A stretch of DNA of 14,989 nucleotides, from NCBI GenBank assembly GCA_038153405.1, contig JAYOYH010000084.1, positions 1 to 14,989 on the forward strand. The letters are read 5' to 3'. Numbering within the stretch: position 1 is the stretch's first letter; each line of letters begins with the position of its first letter. The notes below the pieces were generated by a model. It was not told the origin of the DNA and ran no database searches. It saw only the letters and a list, made by a program, of their open reading frames with translations. The position numbers were made by a program, and so were the translations under genes. Shown piece after piece: positions 1 to 9,059 of the stretch. The DNA is from Gemmatimonadota bacterium (lineage in GTDB: Bacteria; Latescibacterota; UBA2968; UBA8231).

Positions 1-140
1 AAATCCAGTCCGGTGGCGAATAGACCATCCGGTGAACTCTGCCCCCACGCCGCGCGCAAGCTGCCGTACAGCACAAACGCCGCGCAGAACAGCGCGGTCA
101 GTGCAACGGAGCGATGGGTTGGATTAGAGACTGTGGACAT
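1..140 (-). CDS. 5' end of a secreted protein with an N-terminal signal peptide; runs off the window start
   Basis: Manual translation from ATG at 140 gives MSTVSNPTHRSVALTALFCAAFVLYGSLRAAWGQSSPDGLFATGLD..., open to the window edge. It has a basic residue, a hydrophobic core and an A-W-G|Q signal-peptidase-like site. Not in the ORF track because it is truncated. Confidence 0.7.
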   Translation of the reverse strand, partial: MSTVSNPTHRSVALTALFCAAFVLYGSLRAAWGQSSPDGLFATGLD

Positions 141-222
141 ACAGTGCGCTCTCGGGTGACGCGATGGACACGGCCTTAGTCCAAAGCGCGCAGCATTTTC
201 AACACTGCATTTACATGAGAAA

Positions 223-267
223 AATGTATCACACTAGTAATGTACGTCGGTGACGAAGGTCACATTT
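223..267 (-). promoter_or_regulatory. CRP/FNR-family-like box plus extended -10 (class II-like promoter) for the secreted-protein gene
   Basis: The minus strand reads AAATGTGA-CCTTCG-TCACCGAC (267..246), matching TGTGA-N6-TCACA with one mismatch. TG-a-TACATT (231..223) follows. The box centre lies at about -40.5 if T228 is taken as -12. Confidence 0.45.
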
Positions 268-385
268 ATCAACTTAAAATAAAACCAATCAAATTGCCAC
301 TTTTTTACACGGTGCTCTTCTAAAAAAATGTAAATTTATCTTTTTTATAATAAAATTGCCTGTTTTACTGGAGAAAACGATCGGT

Positions 386-1615
386 TCACGCCGTATCCAA
401 GTGGCGAAAGTGGGCTTCCGACCCGGAGCCATAGCCGCATTCGAAGACCAGTTCGGTCTCTGCCAAGCTCCCCTTCTCGGCCGCAACGTCGACAGCGCAC
501 CCCGCAAAGGCGTTGCCCTGCAAAAAAATGTTCTGCGCGGTTTCGGCAATGTGCACCCCGCAGGCGCCGCCGTCGATTGCGTTGCCGGACAGGACCATAT
601 CGTGCGCGTCGCTGGTCACTTCGATCTGCCCGCGGCCCTCCGTCGTCGCGTTGTCGCGCAGCTGGCACTGCTCGATGCGGCACGAGTGCACCTCGACCGG
701 GCGCGGGCTCGAGCGCGCCAGAATGCCGGGACCGCCGTTGCCTTCGATCGTGCACCCAGTGACCAGGTTGTAGCAGTCGCGCGTGCCGATGGATACACCG
801 AGTCGGTTGCCGGCAAATCCGCACGCACGCACCGTGATGTGGTTGGCGCGCACGCAGAAGAAAAAGCCGGCCTTTTCGTTGCCGTTGGCCACACAGCCGC
901 TAAAGTGCGCGTTGGTACTGCCGGCGCCCGGGTGTAGGCCGTTGCCGCTGTTTTCGTCAAAGCGGCTATCGAGGATCTGCACATCGCGGCACATCTGAAA
1001 TCCCAGCCCTTCGCCGTGGTAGTCGCGCTCGCTGACGCCGCGCACTTCAATACCTCTACTGCGCGCAAAGTAGACGGCGCTGCCGCGGCAGCCGCCCATG
1101 CCCTTTTCCTGTGCGGCGCGGTTGCCCTCTAGGTGCAGGTCGCGCAGCACCACGTCGCGCACCCGGTGACCAAAGACCAGCGGATAGACCGTCGTCAGGC
1201 ACGGCGCGTCTTCGGCGCGGTAGTCGGCCTCGATGCCGTGGTCGAGCCCGACCCAGTCGCCGTCGATCCAGGTGATCGTGGCAAAGGTCTCGTAAAAGCC
1301 GCCGTGCGTGCGGCCGTCGTGCAGCGACACGGTCATGCCCACGTCCAGTCCAGCCGCCGACTGCAGCGGCGCGTCGCACATCCCGTAGTTGTGGTAGCCG
1401 GAAAAGGGATAGATCCGACCCGGCCCCTTCTTCAATACCGTATCGACGCCCTGACCGCACAATTCGATCCCCGAACGCAGCGCTAGCCCGCGGTCTAGCT
1501 CCAGCTCCATGGCCGGCAGGACGACGCGCCCACCGCCGCGCTCGGCCACGCCGTCTATGGCCCGCTGTATGCCGGCTGCACTCGACGCTTCGTCTACGCT
1601 AAGCATGCGTTCCAT
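386..1615 (-). CDS. Right-handed parallel beta-helix (pectin-lyase-like fold) repeat protein, 409 aa, no signal peptide
   Basis: N-terminal 'AGIQRAIDGVAERGGGRVVLPA...LRSGIELCGQG' is typical of Pectate_lyase_3-type beta-helix caps. PbH1-like repeats follow (SRFDENSGNGL, CVANGNEKAGF, CTIEGNGGPGI). I moved the start from 1714 to ATG 1615 (MERML) because GGAGAG lies just upstream and the longer start overlaps the SDR gene. Confidence 0.85.
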   Translation of the reverse strand: MERMLSVDEASSAAGIQRAIDGVAERGGGRVVLPAMELELDRGLALRSGIELCGQGVDTVLKKGPGRIYPFSGYHNYGMCDAPLQSAAGLDVGMTVSLHDGRTHGGFYETFATITWIDGDWVGLDHGIEADYRAEDAPCLTTVYPLVFGHRVRDVVLRDLHLEGNRAAQEKGMGGCRGSAVYFARSRGIEVRGVSERDYHGEGLGFQMCRDVQILDSRFDENSGNGLHPGAGSTNAHFSGCVANGNEKAGFFFCVRANHITVRACGFAGNRLGVSIGTRDCYNLVTGCTIEGNGGPGILARSSPRPVEVHSCRIEQCQLRDNATTEGRGQIEVTSDAHDMVLSGNAIDGGACGVHIAETAQNIFLQGNAFAGCAVDVAAEKGSLAETELVFECGYGSGSEAHFRHLDTA

Positions 1616-1637
1616 CGCACTCTCTCCCGAAAAGGCT

Positions 1638-2414
1638 TTACATGATGGGCGCCAGCCAGCCGCCGTCAACCGGCAGGGCCGTGCCCGTGATCCACTCGGC
1701 GTCGTCCGATGCAAAAAAGACGGCGGCCCGGCCGATGTCGCGCGGCAGGCCCAGGCGCGGCAGCGGCGTGCGCTGGCGCGAGGCCTCGATCTGCTCTTCC
1801 GTTAGATAGTCCTGAATGGGCGTCTCTATGTAGCCCGGACAAATCGCGTTGACCGTAATGCCGTAGCCGGCCAACTCGACGGCCGAGTCGCGCGTCAGGT
1901 TGACTAAACCGGCTTTGGCCGGCGGGTAGACGGGACCGCCGCCGCCGGCAAAGGCGTGCACCGAGGCGATGTTGATAATGCGCCCGGCCGCCGACTGCTT
2001 GAGGTGCGGCGCGGCGAATTTGGTGCTCAGGTAGGGGCCGCGTAAATTGATCGCCATCACGCGATCCCAGTCGGCCACGTCGAGCTGCTGGCTGTCGCCG
2101 GGAATGTGGATGCCGGCGTTGTTGACGACGATATCGAGGCGTCCCCACTGCGCCACGCACGCGGCGACCATGGCCTCGACCGAAGCGGCATCGCCTAAGT
2201 CGGCCTCGACAAAATGCGCGCGGCCGCCGCCCTCGACGATGGCCTGCGCCGTCGGCGCCTGCGTTTCCACGTCGTGATACTTGCCGACCTTGGGCTCCTC
2301 GCGCAGATCGGCCACGCTAACCTGTGCGCCCTCGCGCGCCAGCTCCAAACAAATGCCGCGGCCAATGCCCGACGAACCGCCCGTGACCAGGGCCACTCTA
2401 TCCTGTAAACGCAT
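1638..2414 (-). CDS. Short-chain dehydrogenase/reductase (classical SDR, FabG-like, probably NAD(H)-preferring)
   Basis: Motifs TGGSSGIG, NNAG, catalytic S...YPPAK (YxxxK), VNAICPG and C-terminal ITGTALPVDGG. Asp at the end of beta2 (VSVAD). GGGAGG RBS upstream. Confidence 0.95.
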   Translation of the reverse strand: MRLQDRVALVTGGSSGIGRGICLELAREGAQVSVADLREEPKVGKYHDVETQAPTAQAIVEGGGRAHFVEADLGDAASVEAMVAACVAQWGRLDIVVNNAGIHIPGDSQQLDVADWDRVMAINLRGPYLSTKFAAPHLKQSAAGRIINIASVHAFAGGGGPVYPPAKAGLVNLTRDSAVELAGYGITVNAICPGYIETPIQDYLTEEQIEASRQRTPLPRLGLPRDIGRAAVFFASDDAEWITGTALPVDGGWLAPIM

Positions 2415-2440
2415 GCCGTCCCTCCCGCGCTAGCTTGAAA

Positions 2441-2456
2441 AAAAGCGCGCGCTTTT
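2441..2456. promoter_or_regulatory. Perfect 16-bp palindrome in the divergent intergenic region; candidate operator
   Basis: AAAAGCGCGCGCTTTT is its own reverse complement. It lies between the divergent SDR and DUF1684 starts. Confidence 0.3.
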
Positions 2457-2527
2457 CGTTGTTTATGATAGGTTCAAAAGCGTGCTGAAATAAGTCGACA
2501 ATCGCCGCCTGCGTCAACGCGCAAAGG

Positions 2528-3136
2528 ATGCCCATGCTCCGCCTCATACCGCTCCTACTGCTGCTGGCCCACATCGCCGGCGCCCAGCCCTCTGCCGAGG
2601 AAGGCGCCCACATCGACTTCATACGCGATACGCGCGCGCTCAAGGACAGCCTGCTCCGCCACGGCGACGACTCGCCGCTGCTGCCGGAAAACCGGACATC
2701 GTTTGGCGGCCTGGCCTACTATCCCATCGATCTGGACTACCGCCTCGTCGGCCAGATGCACATCTACGGCCGCCAGCGTCAAATCGAAGTGCCCGATACC
2801 GGCGGCACTACCCTGACCATGGAACGTTTTGGCCGCCTCTACTTCAGCTGGCGGGAAAAAGAGTACTGGCTCGAGGTCTACCGCAGCATGGAAAACGGCC
2901 AGCTCGAAGCCTTTTTCAAAGATCAGAGCAGCGGCCAAACGACCTATGCGGGCGGGCGCTACGTGCAGGTAGCACCCTTGCAAGATGGATTATATCTACT
3001 TGATTTTAATACTGCTTACAATCCTTACTGCGACTACAATCCCGCCTATATTTGCCCGGTCCCACCCGCCCATAACACCCTGCCCTTCAGCGTAGCGGCT
3101 GGCGAGAAGAAATATGGCACAGATCTTGCCCACTAA
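2528..3136 (+). CDS. DUF1684 family protein with a signal peptide
   Basis: Hydrophobic N-terminus ending AGA|Q. Family motifs SPL...F.GL.YYPID, FKDQSSGQTTYAGGRY, LDFNTAYNPYCDYNPAYICPVPP..N.L...V.AGEK. Confidence 0.9.
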   Translation: MPMLRLIPLLLLLAHIAGAQPSAEEGAHIDFIRDTRALKDSLLRHGDDSPLLPENRTSFGGLAYYPIDLDYRLVGQMHIYGRQRQIEVPDTGGTTLTMERFGRLYFSWREKEYWLEVYRSMENGQLEAFFKDQSSGQTTYAGGRYVQVAPLQDGLYLLDFNTAYNPYCDYNPAYICPVPPAHNTLPFSVAAGEKKYGTDLAH

Positions 3137-3194
3137 GCCCTAGACCACGCCGTGCTCGACACGGCATTCCCGTCTAGTGCACGTGGAGATTGAT

Positions 3195-3860
3195 GTGAGG
3201 CGTTTTATTTTTCTTTTTGCTCTGGGAGCGCTCATTGCAGCCGCTGCCCAGACCGCCCTCTGCTTGGGCATTCACCCCGAACACCTAGCGCCCTTTACTT
3301 GGGTTGGCCCCGGCAGCGCGGCGTTCATTTTGGGCACGGCTATGGCTGTCACCGGCCTGCTGGCCCTGGGCGAGCGCTACCAGCGCATTGCCCGACTGCT
3401 GCCGGCCCTGGTCGACGGCAAACAGATGGACGACGCACTCGACATTCCCCTGCGCGATGCCGAAGCCATACACTACAACCAGCATCGCTTCTGGCGCGGC
3501 TACCGCCATGCCGCCTTTGCCCTGTGCCTCTTTTTCTGCACGCTGCTGGCCATGAGCCTCTATCTGATAGAGAACGACGCGAGTTTCATCACCTATATGA
3601 CGGGCCTGAGCGCCGACATAGCCATTTTTGGCGTACTCGGCCTGCTGTGGACCGCACACGCACTGCGCCTGGCCCGCCAGGGCCATATCAGCGCACAGGC
3701 CACCCGCCATATTCTCGAGCAGCAGCCCGATCGCCTGGTCGAGGTCGCCGTGCCCATCTCCGAGGATCGCACGCGCGTGCGCTGGGGCAATCGCCCATCG
3801 CGTAAAAAGCTGTATTCCGGCCATTTAGAGCGCAAGGTGCGCCCTTTGGCCAAGCGCTAA
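3195..3860 (+). CDS. Hypothetical integral membrane protein (about 4 TM helices)
   Basis: Four hydrophobic segments in two pairs, separated by a soluble loop, with a basic C-terminal tail. I prefer the GTG at 3195 over 3177 because GGAG lies at 3185-3188. Confidence 0.7.
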   Translation: MRRFIFLFALGALIAAAAQTALCLGIHPEHLAPFTWVGPGSAAFILGTAMAVTGLLALGERYQRIARLLPALVDGKQMDDALDIPLRDAEAIHYNQHRFWRGYRHAAFALCLFFCTLLAMSLYLIENDASFITYMTGLSADIAIFGVLGLLWTAHALRLARQGHISAQATRHILEQQPDRLVEVAVPISEDRTRVRWGNRPSRKKLYSGHLERKVRPLAKR

Positions 3861-4100
3861 AGCACGCGCTTTTGCGCTTGCTATAGGCGCGCCTTCCCGC
3901 CTATATTTGGCAATATTTTCCCACACTCGCGTGTCGTGTGGAATTTTTTTCCGCATGCACTCTGCCCTACCCCCGGTAGGCGGCCCCGTTAGTCGGCCTG
4001 CCTCGTCCTCCCATATTCGGCGGTTTTTCCCCGCTTTTTACGGCCCTTTTTTCCCTTTTGGCCCCGTGTGGGGAGTAAAATTCCCCTCGTCTGGCACGAG

Positions 4101-4116
4101 AGGCATCCCTTTTGCT
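4101..4116 (+). promoter_or_regulatory. Sigma54 (-24/-12) promoter
   Basis: AGGCATCCCTTTTGCT has GG and TTGC at the exact spacing of TGGCACG-N4-TTGCW. It lies 40 bp upstream of ATG 4157, in front of an operon that encodes a sigma54 activator. Confidence 0.7.
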
Positions 4117-4156
4117 TCAGTGGGATCAATCGCAGACTCAGACCCGAGGAACGCAT

Positions 4157-4525
4157 ATGCACGCAGCAGAACAACCGCAGACGCAGCACACCGACCCCTT
4201 CTCCCAGTTGGGTGCCCAATGCGCCCAGTGTATCGATCTGGCGCAGCGCATTCGCGCCGAACTGCAGACGGGCAAGGCGACCTGCGATCTGACGCCGCTG
4301 CTGCGCCAGTCGGCCGCCGAAGTCACCCAACTCCAAGAGGGCATTCGCGCCCTGGCCGCGCAGCCGCCGGCCGAGGGACGCGGCGACCTGTCGCCGCTGA
4401 TCGCGCAGATGCGCGCGCTGCTGGAGTTGGAGGACGGCAACCAGAAACTGCTCGCCTCCAAGGGCATTCCCATCAACCGCCCGCGCCCCTATCAATACGG
4501 CGCGCGACGCGCGGCCCGGAGCTGA
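4157..4525 (+). CDS. Small alpha-helical hypothetical protein (122 aa), possibly flagellar chaperone-like (FlgN/FliT-like)
   Basis: ATG 4157 is preceded by GAGGA (4146-4150). Amphipathic helical pattern. First gene after the sigma54 promoter and 13 bp from the kinase start. The family assignment is only a guess from size, helicity and context. Confidence 0.6.
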   Translation: MHAAEQPQTQHTDPFSQLGAQCAQCIDLAQRIRAELQTGKATCDLTPLLRQSAAEVTQLQEGIRALAAQPPAEGRGDLSPLIAQMRALLELEDGNQKLLASKGIPINRPRPYQYGARRAARS

Positions 4526-4538
4526 GAGAAAGAGCGCC

Positions 4539-5786
4539 ATGGCTTCCGCAGATCCAACCTCGCCGCTGCCGCTGGGACGCAGCGACAGCCAGCTCGACAG
4601 CTTCACCGACTCCTACATCCTATTCCAGGAGACGACGCGCAAGTATCGCGAGGCCTACGAACAGCTCGAAGCGCAGTTCGAGTCGCTAACGGTCAAGCTC
4701 GAAGAAACCAATATCGACCTGCAAAAGCGCGTCGAAGAGCGCGACCGCGTCACCAACTACCTCAACAACATTCTCGACAGCATGAGCGGCGGCGTTCTCG
4801 TCGTCGATCTCAACGGCGAAATCGCCCACTTCAATCAGGAAGCCGAAGAGATCACCGGCTACAGCCAGGACCAGGTCTTGGGCTACCCTTACGCCGATAT
4901 CATAGGCCTGGCCGACGGCCGCCAGCACACGGCCATGCACACGCTGGACACCGGCGAGCGCCTGCTCAACAAGGAAAAGGCCCTGCGCCGCGCCGACGGG
5001 CGCACCATTCCCCTCGGCTTTAGCACCTCCCTGCTGCGCGACGAACAGGGCACGGTGCTCGGCGCGGTAGAAGTATTTCACGATATGACCGAAGTAAAGC
5101 GCTTAGAGGCCGAAGTGCAGCGCGTCAACACGCTGGCCGCACTGGGCGAGATGGCCGCAACCGTGGCACACGAGATTCGCAACCCGCTGGGCGGCATCGC
5201 CGGCTATGCCGGCATGCTCGAGCGCGACTTGGACGGCGAAGATCCCAACCGTCGCCTAGTCCACCGCATTATCGAAGGCGTCGGTCGCCTCAATCGCATC
5301 GTCTCCAGCCTGCTGACCTACACCCGTCCCCTGCGCCTCAATACCCACCCGGTCAACTTGGTCGAACTCGTTGAGGAGTCGGTGGCCTTTTTCGAAATCG
5401 ACCTCGAGCGCCAGCGCGACGACATCGCCGTCGAGCGCGACTATGCCGACGGCCAATTGGTCTGCCGCCTCGACCCCGAGCAGATTCAGCAGGTCATTCT
5501 CAACCTCCTACAGAATGCCACCCAGGCCATGCCCGAGGGAGGCACCCTGCGCATATGCGTCTCGGCCGAAGGCGACGCCGGCGTGCTCTGCGTGGGCGAC
5601 ACCGGCATCGGTATGGAGGACGAAGTGCGGGACAAACTCTTTACGCCCTTCTTCACCACCAAGGAAGACGGAACCGGCCTGGGCCTAGTCACCTCGAAGA
5701 AAATCGTCGAGGCCCACAGCGGGTATATCAAGGTGGAGAGCCATCCCGGCCAGGGCACGCAATTTTACGTCAATTTACCCCAATAA
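4539..5786 (+). CDS. Cytoplasmic PAS-domain sensor histidine kinase, FleS/FlrB-like
   Basis: N-terminal coiled coil (F.ETTRKYREAYEQLEAQF...RVTNYLNNILDSM) resembling FleS/FlrB, then a PAS domain (GGVLVVDLNGEIAHFNQEAEEITGY). H-box AHEIRNPL, N-box NLLQNA, G1 DTGIG, F-box FTPFFTTK, G2 GTGLGL. No TM segment. Confidence 0.92.
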   Translation: MASADPTSPLPLGRSDSQLDSFTDSYILFQETTRKYREAYEQLEAQFESLTVKLEETNIDLQKRVEERDRVTNYLNNILDSMSGGVLVVDLNGEIAHFNQEAEEITGYSQDQVLGYPYADIIGLADGRQHTAMHTLDTGERLLNKEKALRRADGRTIPLGFSTSLLRDEQGTVLGAVEVFHDMTEVKRLEAEVQRVNTLAALGEMAATVAHEIRNPLGGIAGYAGMLERDLDGEDPNRRLVHRIIEGVGRLNRIVSSLLTYTRPLRLNTHPVNLVELVEESVAFFEIDLERQRDDIAVERDYADGQLVCRLDPEQIQQVILNLLQNATQAMPEGGTLRICVSAEGDAGVLCVGDTGIGMEDEVRDKLFTPFFTTKEDGTGLGLVTSKKIVEAHSGYIKVESHPGQGTQFYVNLPQ

Positions 5787-5805
5787 ACACAGCGAGGAAC
5801 ACATC

Positions 5806-7227
<1,422 letters not shown>

Positions 7228-7253
7228 CCCTGCTCTACGGTCCGTTTTACGCC

Positions 7254-7286
7254 AATAGCGGAGCCCGTCCTACGGGCTCCGCTATT
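7254..7286. terminator. Perfect 15-bp stem hairpin after the two-component operon; probable terminator
   Basis: AATAGCGGAGCCCGT-cct-ACGGGCTCCGCTATT begins 27 bp after the regulator stop codon. The downstream sequence is AT-rich but has no long U-run. Confidence 0.7.
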
Positions 7287-7301
7287 CCAATTATAGTTAT
7301 G

Positions 7302-7330
7302 TTGATTTATTGCTATCTCCAAGCTATTTT
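7302..7330 (+). promoter_or_regulatory. Candidate sigma70 promoter for the HDOD gene (and possibly the giant gene)
   Basis: TTGATT-N17-TATTTT, with AT-rich sequence upstream, directly after the hairpin. Confidence 0.4.
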
Positions 7331-7396
7331 TGGGTCTTCGCCCGGCTGATACCCCATACCATCTCAGCGCCACAGACCCGCCTGGAGAATGCCCTG

Positions 7397-8983
7397 TTGA
7401 GCGACGAAGACGCCCCGCAGTATGAGGACAATCCGCTGATCGTCATCGGCGACAAGATTCAGCCCGAGGCGCATCTGGTCGCTCTACTGCAGCAGCTGCG
7501 CGCGGAGAACAACGCGCTCACAGCAGACGGCCGCATCAAATACGCCGTGTGCAAGGACAGCACCGAGGTCGCGCTGGCTTTGCGCCGCTATCTCGACAAC
7601 GTCAAGATGGTGCTCATCGGCCCCGGGCTGACCGGCAACGCCATCGCCGTGGCGCGCATGCTATCGAAAAAAGTCAAGATCGTCATTGTCATAAACCCCC
7701 GCAAAAATCCGCTCGGCACCAGTCTCGAAGCCATCAAAGCAACGCAGAAAAACCTCGAGCATCTCGGCATTATCATCGTCGATTTCAAGGTTGCTGACAG
7801 CGAGTTCTTTGCCCCCATCGTTAAAGACTATGTCATCTCCGGCATGTCGGTCGGCGTCGACCTAGAGAGTTTGAGCCCGGAAGAGCGCGGCAGCATGATC
7901 GATGCCCGCCTCAATGCAGTCGATAAATTTCCCTCGCTGCCCGAGACGCAGCGCAAAGTGGCCGAACTGGACGATATGGACTCGCCGAGAAAATGGGCCG
8001 AGGCCATCGATTCGGACGTGCCCATGCGCACCGTGATTCTGCGCCTGCTCAACAGCGCGCGCTACGGCTTTCGCGCCCGCGTCGAAACCATTGAACAGGC
8101 CGTCGCCCTGGCTAGCGCGCGGACGATTCGCGAGATCGTCACCGCCTGCCAGATGCGCCAAATCCTGCGCAACACCAACGAGCGCACGATTGACCAGTAC
8201 TGGCGCCACTCGCTGGCCGCCGCCTTTTACGCCAAGCTCTTCGTGCTGCCGGCCGACCCGACTCAGCAGTCGCCCCAGCACAGAAACGAGCTCGACCGCT
8301 ACCAACTAGAGGACGACCAGCTAGAGGGCCTACGCCAGGCCGCATTGTGGACCCGCTTCGATCTACACGAGAAAGACGACCCCTTCACCTCGGGCCTGCT
8401 GCACGACATCGGCAAGATCACCATGATCATATGCCTGGAGGATTCGCTGCAGCTAATCAATGCCGTCATCGAGTCGGAGGTTAAAGAGGCCGAGGAGGGG
8501 GGCCATCTCTGGGCGCATTCGACGTTGGCCATTGAGCGCTTTCTCATGCAGGACATAGACCACCAAATCATCGGTGCGCGCCTGGCGGAAAAGTGGGAGC
8601 TACCGCCCGCGCTCATCCAGGTCATCGGCCATCACCACAACGTCAGCGAAAACTCGCCGCACCTGCTCAAGCTGATCGCCCTGGCCAACCTGGCCAGCAA
8701 CTGTCTGTTCCCCTACCCCGGCGAGGAGCACCATCCGTTTCCGCACATCTTTGCACAGATCGATGCCGCGATCAAGAGCAAGGCCGGCATGGGCTTTGAC
8801 GAAGCCGTCGAGCAGGCTATTGGCCAAGACTGCCTCGAAGCGCTGGCCGGCGCGCTGGAGCGGCTCGAGGTGCCCGACTGCCTGTGGCAGTTGATCGACT
8901 TCAGACAATTCTTCAAGATATGTTATCTAACGGCGCCCAAGATCAAGAGCGCTTCCATTGCCTTTTTGCAGCAGACGGCCTAA
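7397..8983 (+). CDS. HDOD-domain signal-transduction protein with an N-terminal degenerate receiver-like domain
   Basis: HDOD motifs FPSLP, D..M...ILRLLNSARYG, TIEQAV, YWRHS, GLLHDIGK, DHQIIGARLAEKWELP, IGHHH. I placed the start at TTG 7397, 9 nt after GGAG (7384-7387), rather than 7310. Confidence 0.88.
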   Translation: MSDEDAPQYEDNPLIVIGDKIQPEAHLVALLQQLRAENNALTADGRIKYAVCKDSTEVALALRRYLDNVKMVLIGPGLTGNAIAVARMLSKKVKIVIVINPRKNPLGTSLEAIKATQKNLEHLGIIIVDFKVADSEFFAPIVKDYVISGMSVGVDLESLSPEERGSMIDARLNAVDKFPSLPETQRKVAELDDMDSPRKWAEAIDSDVPMRTVILRLLNSARYGFRARVETIEQAVALASARTIREIVTACQMRQILRNTNERTIDQYWRHSLAAAFYAKLFVLPADPTQQSPQHRNELDRYQLEDDQLEGLRQAALWTRFDLHEKDDPFTSGLLHDIGKITMIICLEDSLQLINAVIESEVKEAEEGGHLWAHSTLAIERFLMQDIDHQIIGARLAEKWELPPALIQVIGHHHNVSENSPHLLKLIALANLASNCLFPYPGEEHHPFPHIFAQIDAAIKSKAGMGFDEAVEQAIGQDCLEALAGALERLEVPDCLWQLIDFRQFFKICYLTAPKIKSASIAFLQQTA

Positions 8984-9059
8984 CGCCTATTCGACGTTCT
9001 GCCATCTGCCTCACGGCGCACAACGCCCCTGCGCCCCCTTTTACCCAGGAGAGTAATTC

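Noticed and set aside
356..937. 193-aa plus-strand ORF and other ORFs overlapping the beta-helix and SDR genes
   Set aside because: They are antisense or alternative-frame shadows typical of high-GC DNA and show no recognisable motifs.
3861..3882. Imperfect hairpin AGCACGCGC-TTTT-GCGCTTGCT after the membrane-protein gene
   Set aside because: The stem has a mismatch and no U-tract, so it is too weak to call a terminator.
4092..4106. TGGCACG, a perfect -24 element
   Set aside because: No TTGC lies at the required spacing. The correctly spaced element starts at 4101.
3907..4689. 260-aa plus-strand ORF and 205-aa minus-strand ORF (3989..4606)
   Set aside because: They run through the sigma54 promoter region and overlap better-supported genes. 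The plus-strand one is Pro/Arg-rich and looks like translated non-coding sequence.
7310..7396. Longer N-terminus for the HDOD gene as given by the ORF track
   Set aside because: It overlaps the candidate promoter and has no RBS. TTG 7397 has a well-placed GGAG.
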